Positions 16,081 to 28,116 of a stretch of 32,000 nt of DNA are shown one piece after another. The DNA lies in assembly GCF_000619845.1 (NCBI RefSeq), contig NZ_JHUX01000004.1, positions 150,001 to 182,000 of the forward strand, in the 5' to 3' direction. The stretch is from Alkanindiges illinoisensis DSM 15370. GTDB lineage: Bacteria; Pseudomonadota; Gammaproteobacteria; Pseudomonadales; Moraxellaceae. Both the position numbers and the translations under genes were made by a program. Position 1 is the first letter of the stretch, and the number at the start of each line of letters is the position of its first letter. The notes beneath the pieces are model-generated. The model saw only the letters and a program-made list of their open reading frames with translations. It made no database searches and was not told the DNA's origin.

Positions 16081-19000
16081 TTAAAAAGCGCCACTCAGCC
16101 CCAGCACCCCATAGGTACGCTGTTCACGGTTGCCGTCGTAAACCTGACTGCCCCAGCCAATGCCATAATTGATTTGCCAGCGCCGGTTCAACTGCCACTC
16201 ATGCTGATACAGCGCATTCACATAGGCTTTACCGGAAAACCCGGCTTGCTGGTTAATGCCCGTACCCAGTTCAAAATGCTGATTAAAGGACTGCTGTTCA
16301 TCACCGCGCCAGGTCATCCAGTCATGATCCAGATTGATGCCATAGCTCAGGTTATGATCCGGGTTAAAATAACTGCCACCGGGCTGGCTGTTGTTTTCAT
16401 AAAACGCTTCCAGCCCACCCGTGGTAATGTGCTTTTCATTGGCAAACAAGCGCTGGTTGAAAGCCCCCGACACCGACTGTCTGAGATTGCCATCGCTAAT
16501 GTCCAGTGCCTGATAGCTAAACGACGCACTGCGTGATTCATGCTGTCGCCAGTCCACGCCCGCCTGATAGCCATTGGCATCCAGGCCTGCTTCCAGCGCC
16601 CGTAGCGGAATTTGTGCCGAGTTATGCTCATAACCCAGCCGGTAGCGCCAATGGTCATTGAGCCAGTGTCCCCAGCCTGCACTAAAGCCGGTTTTCTGGG
16701 AATTTGAGCTTTGCCCGGACTGACTTTGGCCAGAGTGATTATCCAGTTGCTGATTGACTAAAACCCAGGCATTTTTGCGATCCTGCTGCCACTCTGCCCC
16801 AAGGCCCAAGCGCTGGTCACGCTGATGCGCTGGTTCAAGGTCAGCCCAGCGATCCTGATGATCCACAAAAATTCGCCAGCGATTGTCCAGCCACGGACTA
16901 TTAAGCCGGGTATGCCACTCACGGTCATGGCTCCCATTCACACTGCTTAAGGTTCGCGCATCAGCCTTGCTGTGTGCAATTTTAAGGTCACTTTGCAGGG
17001 TGACACGCTGGCGATCCTGCCATTCCTGCTGTGCCTTAATCACACTGGAACTTTCTGGTGTTTTTTGGCTTGCCTTCTCCAGCGCATCCTGCCAGCCTGC
17101 ATAGTCCTGCAAGTCACGGGCATTGCTGGCATGGGTTAAATCCAGTGTCACACTGTGCGGCGCATTTTCATACGCCTGCTGTACCACCTGTTCAGCGGCC
17201 TGCGGCAAACCACGCCAGTTCAAAATGGTGGCATAATCATTGGCCAAGCTGGTATTGTCAGGGTTATCCTGAACCAGTTGCTGTAGCTTTGGCACAGCAA
17301 TGTCCAGCTGGTTACGGTAAGCTGCATCCAGTGCCAGCATTTGCTCCACACGCACCCGGGTCTTGCGGGCTTCCAGATCCGTCATACTGGCTGCCATAGT
17401 AGGAAATTGCTGGTCCAGTTTGACCAGTACATCACTGGCCTGCTGGTATTTTTCCTGCTCAATCAAAGCATAGTAATCGGCAATAAACAGTTCAGCATCC
17501 GGCTGTGGCAGATTTTCCAGCAAATACTGATAAATCTCATGCGCCTGCACGGGCTGTTTGGTGGCCAGATAGGCATCAGCCACGGCACGCTTGGCATAGG
17601 GCTGTAACTGGAATTGCTCACTCACCGACAGTTGCTGGTACTCGGCAATCAGCTCCGGCATGCGCTCACGCACCCGCAAGGCATACAGGTAATCATTAAA
17701 CAGCGGTGCATATTCATTCTGGTTTTTATTGAGCTGATCCAGTGCCTGTCGTAGGGCCAACAGGTTTTGGTCTATGAGCTGAGCGGCCTGCTGGTATTTG
17801 CCCTGTAGTTCCAGCTGATCCTTTTGTTTGAGCGCTGCTTGCATGTTCAAACTCAGTATATCTGCCTTAACCAGCCAAACCGCACTTGCTGGAAAAACTT
17901 CGGGATGCTGTTGTGCCAACTGGTAAGCTTCGGTAACCCGATCCAGATTTCTTAGTGCAACAAACTGCTGCTCCAGAGCCAGTCGCTGCTGCGGATTCAA
18001 GGCCAGTGCCTGCTGGCTGGAAACTACTGCCTGTCCTGAAAGACCGGCCAAACGCTGGATATACGCCAGTTGTGCATATTGGTCGGCATTGAGCGTGCCC
18101 TGCTGTAATGAGCCAAGCAGTTGCTGCACCACTGCGGTTTGCCCGGCTTCAGCGGCCAATGTGGCGTAATACCAAGGATCAAATGGTGCTTGCCCTGTAG
18201 GCTGCTGTTCAGATTGGTTATATATTTGCCGGGCCAATTCAAATGCCGCCTGAAACTGTTGCTGGTCACGCAGGGCATCTAACCAGGATTTGTACGCATA
18301 GGCAGGAATATCATTTATTTTGGTGGTTAATTTTTCTTGCTGCGCCAGTCTTACAAGTTCAGCATTGCGGCCAGCTAGTCGCAGTACCACCATTAAATCA
18401 GCAGTTGTCTTTAAATCATCAGGATTTTGCTGATGTAATTGGTAAAGCTGGCTAATGGCTGGTTCAAACTGGCGCTGGCTAGCCAGCTTGACCGCCTGCT
18501 GGCCTAGAAGTAACCGCTTTTGGGTGAGTGCCAGTTTATGGCTTGGCTGTATTGCCAGTGACTGATCCGCATAGGTCAGACCCTGCCCTGCATCACCCAG
18601 TAAACGATAAATATAGGCCAGTTGTGCATACTGATCTGCTGTTTTCAAAGTAGCCGGCTGAATACGATCAAGCGTTGCACGGGCATCAGTGCTTTGACCC
18701 GCTTCAGCAGCCAGCGTCGCATAATAGAGTACATCAAGCTGTGGTGCTTGATTGGACAATGACTGATGTGCCATGATCTGCTGTGCCACCTGATAGGCAA
18801 GCTTTGGTTGCTGGCTATCGCGCAAACCTCCAATCCAGGCCATTCTAACATAGGCAGGCAACTGTAAAGCCTGCTGTTGTAACTGGCCGGTTTGGGTTAA
18901 CTGTGCAATTGCCTGATTTTTGCCAGCCAGCCTTAACAGCACAATCAGGTCAGCCGTTACTTTCAGGTCTTTCGGCGCTTGGCGGTGCAGTTGCTGCAAG

Positions 19001-19194
19001 GTGGCAATGGCTTGCGGAAGTTTACCCTGCTTTGCCAGTTGCACCGCCTGTTCGCGCTGCTGGCTGATGCTTAATGCAGTGCCTGTCGGTTTGGCATACA
19101 GTGATGAAGATAAGGTAAAACAGCCTATTTCCAGAAAAAATAAACAGCCCAGATAAAGTTTGTTTTTTAATGGGTCAGGGTAAAATGTCCCCAT
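16081..19194 (-). CDS. pgaA: PNAG export porin PgaA (TPR domain plus C-terminal beta-barrel), enlarged
   Basis: About 1037 aa from ATG 19194; the track uses TTG 19218 (1045 aa). Signal peptide ...CFTLSSSLYA/KP. The N-terminal half is long and Q/A/L-rich, TPR-like. The C-terminal roughly 300 aa show alternating beta-strand patterns collinear with the E. coli PgaA barrel (SYFNPDHN..., YDGNREQRTYGVLGLSGAF, terminal Phe). Confidence 0.85.
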   Translation of the reverse strand: MGTFYPDPLKNKLYLGCLFFLEIGCFTLSSSLYAKPTGTALSISQQREQAVQLAKQGKLPQAIATLQQLHRQAPKDLKVTADLIVLLRLAGKNQAIAQLTQTGQLQQQALQLPAYVRMAWIGGLRDSQQPKLAYQVAQQIMAHQSLSNQAPQLDVLYYATLAAEAGQSTDARATLDRIQPATLKTADQYAQLAYIYRLLGDAGQGLTYADQSLAIQPSHKLALTQKRLLLGQQAVKLASQRQFEPAISQLYQLHQQNPDDLKTTADLMVVLRLAGRNAELVRLAQQEKLTTKINDIPAYAYKSWLDALRDQQQFQAAFELARQIYNQSEQQPTGQAPFDPWYYATLAAEAGQTAVVQQLLGSLQQGTLNADQYAQLAYIQRLAGLSGQAVVSSQQALALNPQQRLALEQQFVALRNLDRVTEAYQLAQQHPEVFPASAVWLVKADILSLNMQAALKQKDQLELQGKYQQAAQLIDQNLLALRQALDQLNKNQNEYAPLFNDYLYALRVRERMPELIAEYQQLSVSEQFQLQPYAKRAVADAYLATKQPVQAHEIYQYLLENLPQPDAELFIADYYALIEQEKYQQASDVLVKLDQQFPTMAASMTDLEARKTRVRVEQMLALDAAYRNQLDIAVPKLQQLVQDNPDNTSLANDYATILNWRGLPQAAEQVVQQAYENAPHSVTLDLTHASNARDLQDYAGWQDALEKASQKTPESSSVIKAQQEWQDRQRVTLQSDLKIAHSKADARTLSSVNGSHDREWHTRLNSPWLDNRWRIFVDHQDRWADLEPAHQRDQRLGLGAEWQQDRKNAWVLVNQQLDNHSGQSQSGQSSNSQKTGFSAGWGHWLNDHWRYRLGYEHNSAQIPLRALEAGLDANGYQAGVDWRQHESRSASFSYQALDISDGNLRQSVSGAFNQRLFANEKHITTGGLEAFYENNSQPGGSYFNPDHNLSYGINLDHDWMTWRGDEQQSFNQHFELGTGINQQAGFSGKAYVNALYQHEWQLNRRWQINYGIGWGSQVYDGNREQRTYGVLGLSGAF
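17959..19050 (-). repeat. Intragenic tandem duplication of a module of about 184 aa in the PgaA TPR domain
   Basis: Residues about 57-239 and 240-420 (track numbering) align at a constant offset of 184-185. Examples: DLKVTADLIVLLRLAGKN / DLKTTADLMVVLRLAGRN; YYATLAAEAGQ in both; ADQYAQLAYIYRL / ADQYAQLAYIQRL; ends LAIQPSHKLAL / LALNPQQRLAL. Confidence 0.8.
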
Positions 19195-19464
19195 AATTAT
19201 TCCAAAAATAAAGAGCAAAAATCAAAGCTGGCGTTTTAAATGGCCGGCATACGTTGTGTGGCCTATTGTGTATTTTTATTTTTAACCGTCAGTGTTTAAA
19301 TGATTCCAGATTGGCAAATTCGCGTAATGGAACCTGAAAAAACGTAATTCCATTGAGTAATTGGTATTAATTCAACTAATTTATTCGCTTTTGTGTAATC
19401 CATTTCTGACAGAGAAAATCGTTCATTTCCTACAGGTGTAATAGACAATACTTGCTGATACCTA

Positions 19465-19487
19465 TAAAAAAGAGCGCCGAAGCGCCC
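19465..19487 (-). terminator. Rho-independent terminator of the suc operon (after sucD)
   Basis: On the minus strand, GGGCGC TTCG GCGCTC (a 6-bp stem with one G-U pair and a TTCG tetraloop) is followed by TTTTTTAT. It lies 28 nt downstream of the sucD stop. Confidence 0.8.
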
Positions 19488-19514
19488 TTTTAAAACAAAG
19501 ATCAAAAGCAGGTA

Positions 19515-20405
19515 TTAAACCATGCCTTTATCTTTTAATACCTGATACATGGTTGAACCTAGTTCAGCAGGGCTTCGGGTGTAAGCCATACCTGCGCGTT
19601 CAAACGCTGCAAATTTTTCTTCAGCGGTGCCTTTACCGCCAGAAATAATTGCACCTGCGTGACCCATACGCTTGCCTTTTGGTGCTGTCACACCGGCGAT
19701 ATAACCTACAACAGGCTTGTTCACGTTGGACTGGATGTATTCAGCCGCTTCTTCTTCCGCCGTACCGCCAATTTCACCAATCATGATAATGGCATCAGTG
19801 TCCGGATCATCCTGGAACAGTTTGAGGGCATCAATCTGGTTCATGCCCGGAATCGGGTCACCACCAATACCAATACAGGTTGACTGTCCCAGACCCAGCT
19901 TGGTGGTTTGCGCCACGGCTTCATAGGTCAGTGTACCGGAACGGGAAATAATCCCAATACGGCCCGGCAGGTGAATATGACCCGGCATAATGCCAATCTT
20001 GCACTCGCCCGGTGTAATCACACCCGGACAGTTCGGGCCAACCAGACGCGTACCATTACCATTGGTTTCCAGATAGCGTTTGGCTTCCAGCATGTCGATG
20101 GTCGGTACGCCTTCGGTAATCACCACAATCAGGCCAACGCCAGAATCCACTGCTTCAATAATGGAATCCAGTACAAATGGTGCCGGTACATAAATAACCG
20201 TTGCATCTGCCTGGGTTTGATCCACAGCTTCACGCATGGTGTTAAATACAGGTAGATCCAGATGGGTTGAACCACCTTTACCCGGTGTTACCCCACCAAC
20301 CACTTTGGTGCCATAGGCAATGGCTTGTTCGGAATGGAATGTGCCGTTCTTACCGGTAAAGCCCTGTACCAGAACCTTGGTGTCTTTATTAATTAATACG
20401 CTCAT
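19515..20405 (-). CDS. sucD: Succinate--CoA ligase (ADP-forming) subunit alpha
   Basis: 296 aa: [33 protein letters not shown], and the phosphohistidine loop [14 protein letters not shown]. Confidence 0.97.
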   Translation of the reverse strand: MSVLINKDTKVLVQGFTGKNGTFHSEQAIAYGTKVVGGVTPGKGGSTHLDLPVFNTMREAVDQTQADATVIYVPAPFVLDSIIEAVDSGVGLIVVITEGVPTIDMLEAKRYLETNGNGTRLVGPNCPGVITPGECKIGIMPGHIHLPGRIGIISRSGTLTYEAVAQTTKLGLGQSTCIGIGGDPIPGMNQIDALKLFQDDPDTDAIIMIGEIGGTAEEEAAEYIQSNVNKPVVGYIAGVTAPKGKRMGHAGAIISGGKGTAEEKFAAFERAGMAYTRSPAELGSTMYQVLKDKGMV

Positions 20406-20416
20406 GCTAATGCTCC

Positions 20417-21580
20417 TTAGGCTTTCACGGCTGCAACAATTTTTTCCGCTGCATCGGCCAGGCCCTGCGCTGGAATAAGTTTAAGACCTGATTGCTCCAG
20501 AATCTGGGAACCAAGCTCGGCATTGTTACCTTCCAGCCGGACGACCACAGGAACAGTGACATTCACTTCTTTTACCGCGGCAATAATGGCTTCTGCAATC
20601 ATGTCGCAACGCACAATACCACCAAAAATATTGATCAAAACGCCTTGTACCGAAGTATCCGCCAAAATCAGCTTGAATGCTTCAATCACGCGCTCCTTGG
20701 TTGCACCGCCGCCTACATCAAGGAAGTTGGCTGGCTGGCCACCGTACAGCTTGATAATATCCATGGTCGCCATGGCAAGGCCGGCACCATTCACCATACA
20801 GCCAATATTGCCTTCCAGCGCCACATAGTTCAGCTCAAACTCGGAGGCTTTTAGCTCACGCTCGTTTTCCTGAGACTTGTCACGCGATGCAGCAATCTCA
20901 GGCAAACGATACAGCGCATTGGAATCAATACCAATTTTGGCATCGACACATAGGATTTCGCCATTTTCGCGCACAGACAGCGGGTTGATTTCAAACAGGG
21001 CAAAGTCATTTTCAATAAAAGCACGATAGGCGCCTTTCATCAGCTTTACAAACTGATTGATTTGCTTGTCTTTTAAGCCCAGTTGAAACGCCACATCACG
21101 CGCTTCAAATGGTTGCAGACCCACCAAGGGATCAACAGTGACTTTAATGATTTTTTCCGGGGTTTCTTCAGCGACTTTTTCAATGTCTACGCCGCCTTCG
21201 GTAGACGCCATAAAGGTTACGCGGCGGGTTGAGCGGTCAATCACCGCACCCAGATACAGCTCACGCTCAACCGGATAAACATCCTGACAAACCAGTACAC
21301 TGTTTACAGGCTGGCCATTGGCATCAGTTTGATAGGTCACCAGACGGGTTCCAATCAGGTCACGGGCAATTTGTGCCGCTTCTTCCTTGCTCTTGGCGAT
21401 CTTTACACCGCCTGCCTTACCACGGCCACCCGCATGAACCTGAGCCTTGATGACGGCAAAGTTACCAATCTTCTCAAACGCTTCAGCTGCTTCTTCTGGC
21501 GTAGTTGCCAAAATGCCTTCCTGTACCGGCATACCATATTGCTTAAGCAACGCTTTTGCTTGATATTCATGTAAATTCAT
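20417..21580 (-). CDS. sucC: Succinate--CoA ligase (ADP-forming) subunit beta
   Basis: 387 aa: [19 protein letters not shown]-grasp blocks, [28 protein letters not shown]. Confidence 0.97.
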   Translation of the reverse strand: MNLHEYQAKALLKQYGMPVQEGILATTPEEAAEAFEKIGNFAVIKAQVHAGGRGKAGGVKIAKSKEEAAQIARDLIGTRLVTYQTDANGQPVNSVLVCQDVYPVERELYLGAVIDRSTRRVTFMASTEGGVDIEKVAEETPEKIIKVTVDPLVGLQPFEARDVAFQLGLKDKQINQFVKLMKGAYRAFIENDFALFEINPLSVRENGEILCVDAKIGIDSNALYRLPEIAASRDKSQENERELKASEFELNYVALEGNIGCMVNGAGLAMATMDIIKLYGGQPANFLDVGGGATKERVIEAFKLILADTSVQGVLINIFGGIVRCDMIAEAIIAAVKEVNVTVPVVVRLEGNNAELGSQILEQSGLKLIPAQGLADAAEKIVAAVKA

Positions 21581-21749
21581 TGATAGACCTAACCGTATAA
21601 TCGTTGGTTAATTTAAATACTGCCCTGCCTGCCTATCATGATCGATAATCAGGCAGCACTTTCGTATTCCAGACACACAGCCACTTTAGGTATTAAAAAA
21701 TACGTAAAAGTGTTCCTGCTTACTTCATTTCAAATTTCTTCAAAACCTG

Positions 21750-23231
<1,482 letters not shown>

Positions 23232-23327
23232 TTAATTTTTTCAAGAGGCAAATCATCAGAAATTTGTGCTTGCCTGTATTAATGACAAGCACTTGAACTT
23301 CATTGAGCCAATTACAGATCAAGCAGC

Positions 23328-24581
23328 CTACAAATCAAGCAGCAAGGACGCTGGATCTTCAATAAACTGTTTAATCGCAACCAGGAAGCCAACAGCTTCT
23401 TTACCATCAATCATGCGATGGTCATAAGACAGCGCCAGATACATCATCGGCAGAATGACCACTTGACCATTCACCGCCATTGGACGTTCCTGAATCTTGT
23501 GCATGCCCAAAATAGCGGTTTGGGGCGGGTTCAGAATTGGCGTGGACAGTAATGAACCAAAGGTACCGCCATTGGAAATGGTAAAGGTACCGCCAGTCAT
23601 GTCTTCAATCGACAGCTTGCCTTCACGTGCCTTTTTACCAAAGTCGATAATGTTTTTTTCTACTTCGGCATGGTTCAGGCGATCCGTATCACGCAGCACG
23701 GGCACGACCAGACCACGATCAGAAGATACCGCCACACCAATGTCATAGTAACCATGGTAAACAATGTCATCGCCATCAATAGAAGCATTCACTGCCGGAT
23801 AGCGCTTTAGGGCTTCAGTTGCTGCTTTAACAAAGAACGACATAAAACCTAGCTTGGTGCCATGACGCTTTTCAAAACGCTCCTGATACAGCTTGCGCAT
23901 GTCCATAATGGGTTTCATGTTGACTTCATTGAATGTGGTCAACATGGCAGTTTGCTGGGTGGCAGACAATAAACGCTCAGCCACACGCTTGCGCAAGCGG
24001 GTCATAGGAACACGTTTTTCTACACGTTCGCCAACCGCCTGGCTCAATGCAGTAGGCGCTTGTGCAGTTGCTGGCTGGCTTGAGGTTTGTGTTGCTGCTT
24101 TAGGCGCATTCACATGATTGGTGACGTCTTCCTTGGTGACACGGCCACCACGACCTGTACCGGAAATATCCTTGATATCCAGACCCTGCTCGGATACTGC
24201 CTTGCGTACCGCTGGACTTTGATCGTTGGAAGATTCACCAGTTTGCTGGGTTGCTGCCGGCTCATCACGTTTTACAATCGGGGTTGCGCCTGCTTCAATT
24301 TTTTCAACATTCTTGGCAACGTCGTTTGCGCTAACAGCACCAACACCTGTCTCAAAGGTTGCAATCACTTCGCCAGACAGTACGGTTTCACCTTCCTGCT
24401 TGGCAATATTGCTCAAGGTGCCATCCGCAGGCGCTACAACTTCCAGCACAACCTTGTCGGTTTCAATATCAGCAATCACTTCATCGCGGGAAACAGGCTC
24501 GCCTACTTTTTTGTGCCAGGTTGCAATAGTGCCGTCAGCAACTGACTCTGGAAAGACGGGTGCTTTAATTTCGGTTGCCAT
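23328..24581 (-). CDS. sucB: 2-oxoglutarate dehydrogenase E2, dihydrolipoyllysine-residue succinyltransferase
   Basis: 417 aa: a single lipoyl domain ([10 protein letters not shown]), the E3-binding segment PAVRK, and the catalytic core with SYDHRMIDG. Confidence 0.96.
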   Translation of the reverse strand: MATEIKAPVFPESVADGTIATWHKKVGEPVSRDEVIADIETDKVVLEVVAPADGTLSNIAKQEGETVLSGEVIATFETGVGAVSANDVAKNVEKIEAGATPIVKRDEPAATQQTGESSNDQSPAVRKAVSEQGLDIKDISGTGRGGRVTKEDVTNHVNAPKAATQTSSQPATAQAPTALSQAVGERVEKRVPMTRLRKRVAERLLSATQQTAMLTTFNEVNMKPIMDMRKLYQERFEKRHGTKLGFMSFFVKAATEALKRYPAVNASIDGDDIVYHGYYDIGVAVSSDRGLVVPVLRDTDRLNHAEVEKNIIDFGKKAREGKLSIEDMTGGTFTISNGGTFGSLLSTPILNPPQTAILGMHKIQERPMAVNGQVVILPMMYLALSYDHRMIDGKEAVGFLVAIKQFIEDPASLLLDL

Positions 24582-24583
24582 AA

Positions 24584-27451
24584 TTAGGATTCTCCTTGTT
24601 GATCAGGCTTACTTGTAGAGTCAAGACCCAGGGCATCAATCACCAGAGTAGCTTGCTGTTTTGCGTGTAAATAGGGTGAACCACTGGCCGGTGCTGCCGA
24701 GGCTGGACGACCAGCATAGTTGACCGGGATAAGCTGGTCTGGACGCAGACTGGCCACATCGCTATAGATCAGGTGAGCAATAAACAGCCATGCACCCTGA
24801 TTCTGTGGTTCTTCCTGTGCCCACATGACGCGTTCCAGATTTGGATATTGCGATAACACTTCGCGCACACGGGTTTGCGGATATGGATAAAGCTGCTCAA
24901 TGCGCACAATCGCCACATCATCCAGTTCTTCTTCGCGGCGTTTTTCCAGCAAATCGTAATAAACCTTGCCACCGCACAGTACCACGCGCTTAACGGCAGA
25001 TTTATCCAGGTTATCCACCTCATCAATCACAGTTTCAAAGCGACCAGTGGCCAGTTCATCCAGTGTTGAGGTCGCCAGCTTATGGCGCAGCAAGCTCTTG
25101 GGTGACATGATCACCAGCGGCTTACGGGCTGGCCGAACCACCTGCCGACGTAATAAATGGAAAATTTGCGCGGGTGTAGTTGGCGTGCAAACCTGCATGT
25201 TGTCTTCAGCACACAATTGCAGGAAACGCTCCAGACGCGCGCTGGAATGCTCAGGCCCCTGTCCTTCATAGCCATGCGGCAACAGCAGCGTTAGGCCGCA
25301 CAGGCGCTCCCATTTGGTTTCGCCTGAGCTGATGAACTGGTCAATCACCACCTGTGCACCATTGGCAAAGTCGCCAAACTGGGCTTCCCACACAATCAGG
25401 CTGCTTGGAATGGTGGTGGCATAACCATATTCAAACGCCAGCACAGCTTCTTCGGAAAGCAAAGAATCATATAGTGCAAAACGGGGCTGGTTTTCCTTAA
25501 TGTGACACAGCGGAATATACTGGCTGCCATCTGTCTGGCTTAATAGCTTGGCATGACGATGCGAAAAAGTACCACGGCCTACATCCTGACCGGTGAGCCG
25601 AACCAGATAGCCTTCATCCAGCAAGGTGGCATACGCCATTGTTTCTGCCGCACCCCAGTTGAGGGGCAGTTTACCGGTTTGCATTTTCAGACGGTCATCA
25701 ATGACTTTTTGCACCTGCTTTTGCAGCACAAACCCTTGCGGGAGCTGTGCCATTTTCTGGCCTAGCTCTTTTAGGCGTTCAAGTGAAACACCTGTATCCC
25801 AGCTATCTTCCAGCTGATGACCGACATAAGGCGACCAGTCTACATACAGCTTTTTATTGGGCTCACGTACCAAGGCATTGGCCACGTGTTCACCAGCCTC
25901 CAATGCAGAACGATAACTTTCAATCATATTGTCAGCATCGCTACGGTTAATCACTTCTTCCTTGATCAGCTTGTCAGCATATAAGGTGCGGGTTGTTGGT
26001 AGCTTGCTAATGACTTGATACATCAGCGGCTGGGTTGCAGACGGCTCATCCGCTTCATTATGACCACGGCGACGGTAACAGAACAGGTCAATCACCACGT
26101 CTTTACGGAATTCCTGCCGGAAATCCAGTGCCAGCTGGGTAATGAACACCACTGCCTCAGGATCATCACCATTGACATGGAAAATCGGCGCCTGCACCAT
26201 TTTGGCAATATCAGTGCAGTATTCAGTCGAACGCGCATCTTCCTGATTGCTGGTGGTAAAACCAACCTGATTATTAATAATCACATGCATGGTGCCGCCC
26301 ACGGTATAACCGCGGGTTTGTGACATCTGGAAGGTTTCCATCACCACACCCTGCCCGGCAAAAGCAGCATCACCATGCACAATAATTGGCAGTACGTCGT
26401 CACCACCAATATCTTCACGGCGTACCTGACGGGCCCGCACTGAACCTTCAACCACAGGGCCAACAATTTCAAGGTGGGATGGGTTAAATGCCAGCGCCAG
26501 ATGAATTTCTCCACCGGGTGTCATCACATTACTGGAAAAGCCCTGATGGTATTTCACATCACCAGAACCCTTCTTGTTAAAGGTCTTGCCTTCAAACTCG
26601 CCAAACAGGTCAGCCGGGTTCTTGCCCAGAATATTGACCAGCATGTTCAGGCGGCCACGGTGCGCCATGCCAATGACCACTTCCTTGGTTCCTGCCTTAC
26701 CGGAACGCTGAATGATTTCATTGATCATGGGAATAAAACTTTCGCCACCTTCCAGGCCAAAACGCTTGGCGCCGACATAACGACTGCCCAGATACTTTTC
26801 CAGACCTTCAGCAGCAGTCAGACGCTCTAAAATTGCGGTTTTTTGTTCACTGTTAAAATTAAACTGGCCACGGGCACCTTCAAGACGCTGCTGAATCCAG
26901 CGCTTTTCCTTGGTATCTACAATGTGCATGTATTCTGAGCCAATCGACCCACAATAAATGGCCTCCATGGCATCGACCATTTCACCCAGTGTGGTTTCAA
27001 CCTTGCCAATGGCCAGATTACCGGTCTGAAAAACCGTATCCAGATCGGAACGTGACAAGCCATGCGCCGCCAGATCCAGATCAGGCACTTGCTCACGCTT
27101 GGCCAGATGAAGCGGATCAAGTTTGGCTTTTTGATGACCCCGGTTGCGATAGGCTGCAATCAGTTGCAGTACCCCAACCTGACGGCGCTCATGCTCAGTA
27201 CTGACTGAACTTTGCGGCATGGGTTGCACACGGGTACTATTGCGGGCTAGTAATAGAAATTGTTCTTTGATATTGCGATGCGGCTGATCCCCTTTGGGGA
27301 ACTGATCAAAATAGGCCCGCCAATCGTCTCCTACTGTTTCTGGGGCAGTGAGGTAACATTCATAAAGTTCTTCAATATATGCCGCATTTTCTGCGGATAA
27401 TTCTGTGTCCAGACGCTGTGCGTCAACAACTTCTTGCATGAGACGACCCAT
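24584..27451 (-). CDS. sucA: 2-oxoglutarate dehydrogenase E1 component
   Basis: 955 aa, collinear with SucA, with ThDP blocks ([38 protein letters not shown]). The stop is 2 nt from the sucB start. The alternative start ATG 27439 (MQEVVD...) is equally plausible. Confidence 0.96.
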   Translation of the reverse strand: MGRLMQEVVDAQRLDTELSAENAAYIEELYECYLTAPETVGDDWRAYFDQFPKGDQPHRNIKEQFLLLARNSTRVQPMPQSSVSTEHERRQVGVLQLIAAYRNRGHQKAKLDPLHLAKREQVPDLDLAAHGLSRSDLDTVFQTGNLAIGKVETTLGEMVDAMEAIYCGSIGSEYMHIVDTKEKRWIQQRLEGARGQFNFNSEQKTAILERLTAAEGLEKYLGSRYVGAKRFGLEGGESFIPMINEIIQRSGKAGTKEVVIGMAHRGRLNMLVNILGKNPADLFGEFEGKTFNKKGSGDVKYHQGFSSNVMTPGGEIHLALAFNPSHLEIVGPVVEGSVRARQVRREDIGGDDVLPIIVHGDAAFAGQGVVMETFQMSQTRGYTVGGTMHVIINNQVGFTTSNQEDARSTEYCTDIAKMVQAPIFHVNGDDPEAVVFITQLALDFRQEFRKDVVIDLFCYRRRGHNEADEPSATQPLMYQVISKLPTTRTLYADKLIKEEVINRSDADNMIESYRSALEAGEHVANALVREPNKKLYVDWSPYVGHQLEDSWDTGVSLERLKELGQKMAQLPQGFVLQKQVQKVIDDRLKMQTGKLPLNWGAAETMAYATLLDEGYLVRLTGQDVGRGTFSHRHAKLLSQTDGSQYIPLCHIKENQPRFALYDSLLSEEAVLAFEYGYATTIPSSLIVWEAQFGDFANGAQVVIDQFISSGETKWERLCGLTLLLPHGYEGQGPEHSSARLERFLQLCAEDNMQVCTPTTPAQIFHLLRRQVVRPARKPLVIMSPKSLLRHKLATSTLDELATGRFETVIDEVDNLDKSAVKRVVLCGGKVYYDLLEKRREEELDDVAIVRIEQLYPYPQTRVREVLSQYPNLERVMWAQEEPQNQGAWLFIAHLIYSDVASLRPDQLIPVNYAGRPASAAPASGSPYLHAKQQATLVIDALGLDSTSKPDQQGES

Positions 27452-27498
27452 TTTTCAATTGCAAAAATAATAGCTTGCCGGATAAACAAGCCACTTCA

Positions 27499-27528
27499 CA
27501 TTAAAGTTTCGGATACAAAACTTTAATG
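27499..27528. repeat. Perfect 11-bp inverted repeat in the sucA upstream region
   Basis: CATTAAAGTTT (27499-27509), an 8-nt loop CGGATACA, then AAACTTTAATG (27518-27528). It lies about 50-75 nt upstream of the sucA start. Function unknown (leader hairpin or operator). Confidence 0.6.
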
Positions 27529-27627
27529 CTGCGTAAATGCCCCAGATTAAGAATCCAAGCCACCCACACACGACGACAACACAACCAAGCCAGGTTAACT
27601 GGCAAACGCATGCTTCCAGACAGACAA

Positions 27628-27668
27628 GTAAAACAGGCTTTTACGTCAGACACGTTACCCTGTTTTAC
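27628..27668. repeat. Perfect 10-bp inverted repeat with 21-nt spacer in the sdhB-sucA spacer
   Basis: GTAAAACAGG (27628-27637) pairs with CCTGTTTTAC (27659-27668). The left arm can alternatively pair locally (GTAAAA cagg c TTTTAC, 27628-27644), so competing structures are possible. Confidence 0.6.
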
Positions 27669-27692
27669 TTACTTATCTAGCCGTACACCGTA

Positions 27693-27716
27693 CCCGTCCT
27701 AAAACGGGCAATTTTT
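27693..27716 (+). other. Terminator-like hairpin oriented on the plus strand (antisense to the TCA genes)
   Basis: CCCGT (27693-27697), loop CCTAAA, ACGGG (27704-27708), then CAATTTTT. The T-run is present only in the plus orientation, and no plus-strand gene is annotated here. Confidence 0.35.
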
Positions 27717-28084
27717 GCAAATCGAATTGGCCAAAACAAAGGATAGTGTAAGACACAGGTCTTTTGGCTTGGCGAATGCGACTTATTCAGCGGCATCTGT
27801 CCAGTAAATCTGGCAAAACTTTCAAATACAGACAAAAAGCGTTATCAATAATGGCTATTATTATGACCTTTCATCATCTGTTTTTCATGTGACAAATCGT
27901 ATCATGAGTTACATAACCATCTGGATTTTTTTATTCAATAGCTGATATTAAGCCGTGAAATAATCCTGCTGATAATGAATAGCATACGAGATTTATGCCC
28001 TGTTTTCAGCCCAAATAAGACCAAAGTTGAAGCATAACTGCACTAAAAAGAAACACACGGGTTTTTTACAGTTAACCTGCAGCG

Positions 28085-28116
28085 AAAAAACAAAAAACGC
28101 GCCTCAAGGACGCGTT
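28085..28116 (-). terminator. Rho-independent terminator of sdhCDAB
   Basis: On the minus strand, AACGCG(T)CC TTGA GGCGCGTT (8 bp with one bulge) is followed by TTTTTGTTTTTT. It starts about 20 nt downstream of the sdhB stop. Confidence 0.85.

Noticed and set aside
19296-19505. 69-aa minus-strand ORF between sucD and pgaA
   Set aside because: The sucD rho-independent terminator (19465-19487) lies inside its first codons. It has no Shine-Dalgarno and an AT-rich composition, and the peptide is not recognisable.
21581-21749. Inverted repeat CTGCCTG ... CAGGCAG with an 18-nt loop between lpdA and sucC, and a 7-bp repeat GTGCTTG ... CAAGCAC between sucB and lpdA (23187-23327)
   Set aside because: The stems are short with large loops and lack a proper U-tract on the transcribed (minus) strand. 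They could be weak attenuators or RNA-processing sites within the suc operon, but the evidence is insufficient to call a feature.
27526-27702. 58-codon plus-strand ORF in the sdhB-sucA spacer (MLRKCPRLRIQATHTRRQHNQ...)
   Set aside because: No Shine-Dalgarno, and its ATG sits inside the 11-bp hairpin arm. The sequence is highly basic and non-protein-like, and it spans the inverted repeats, which are better explained as RNA or DNA structure.
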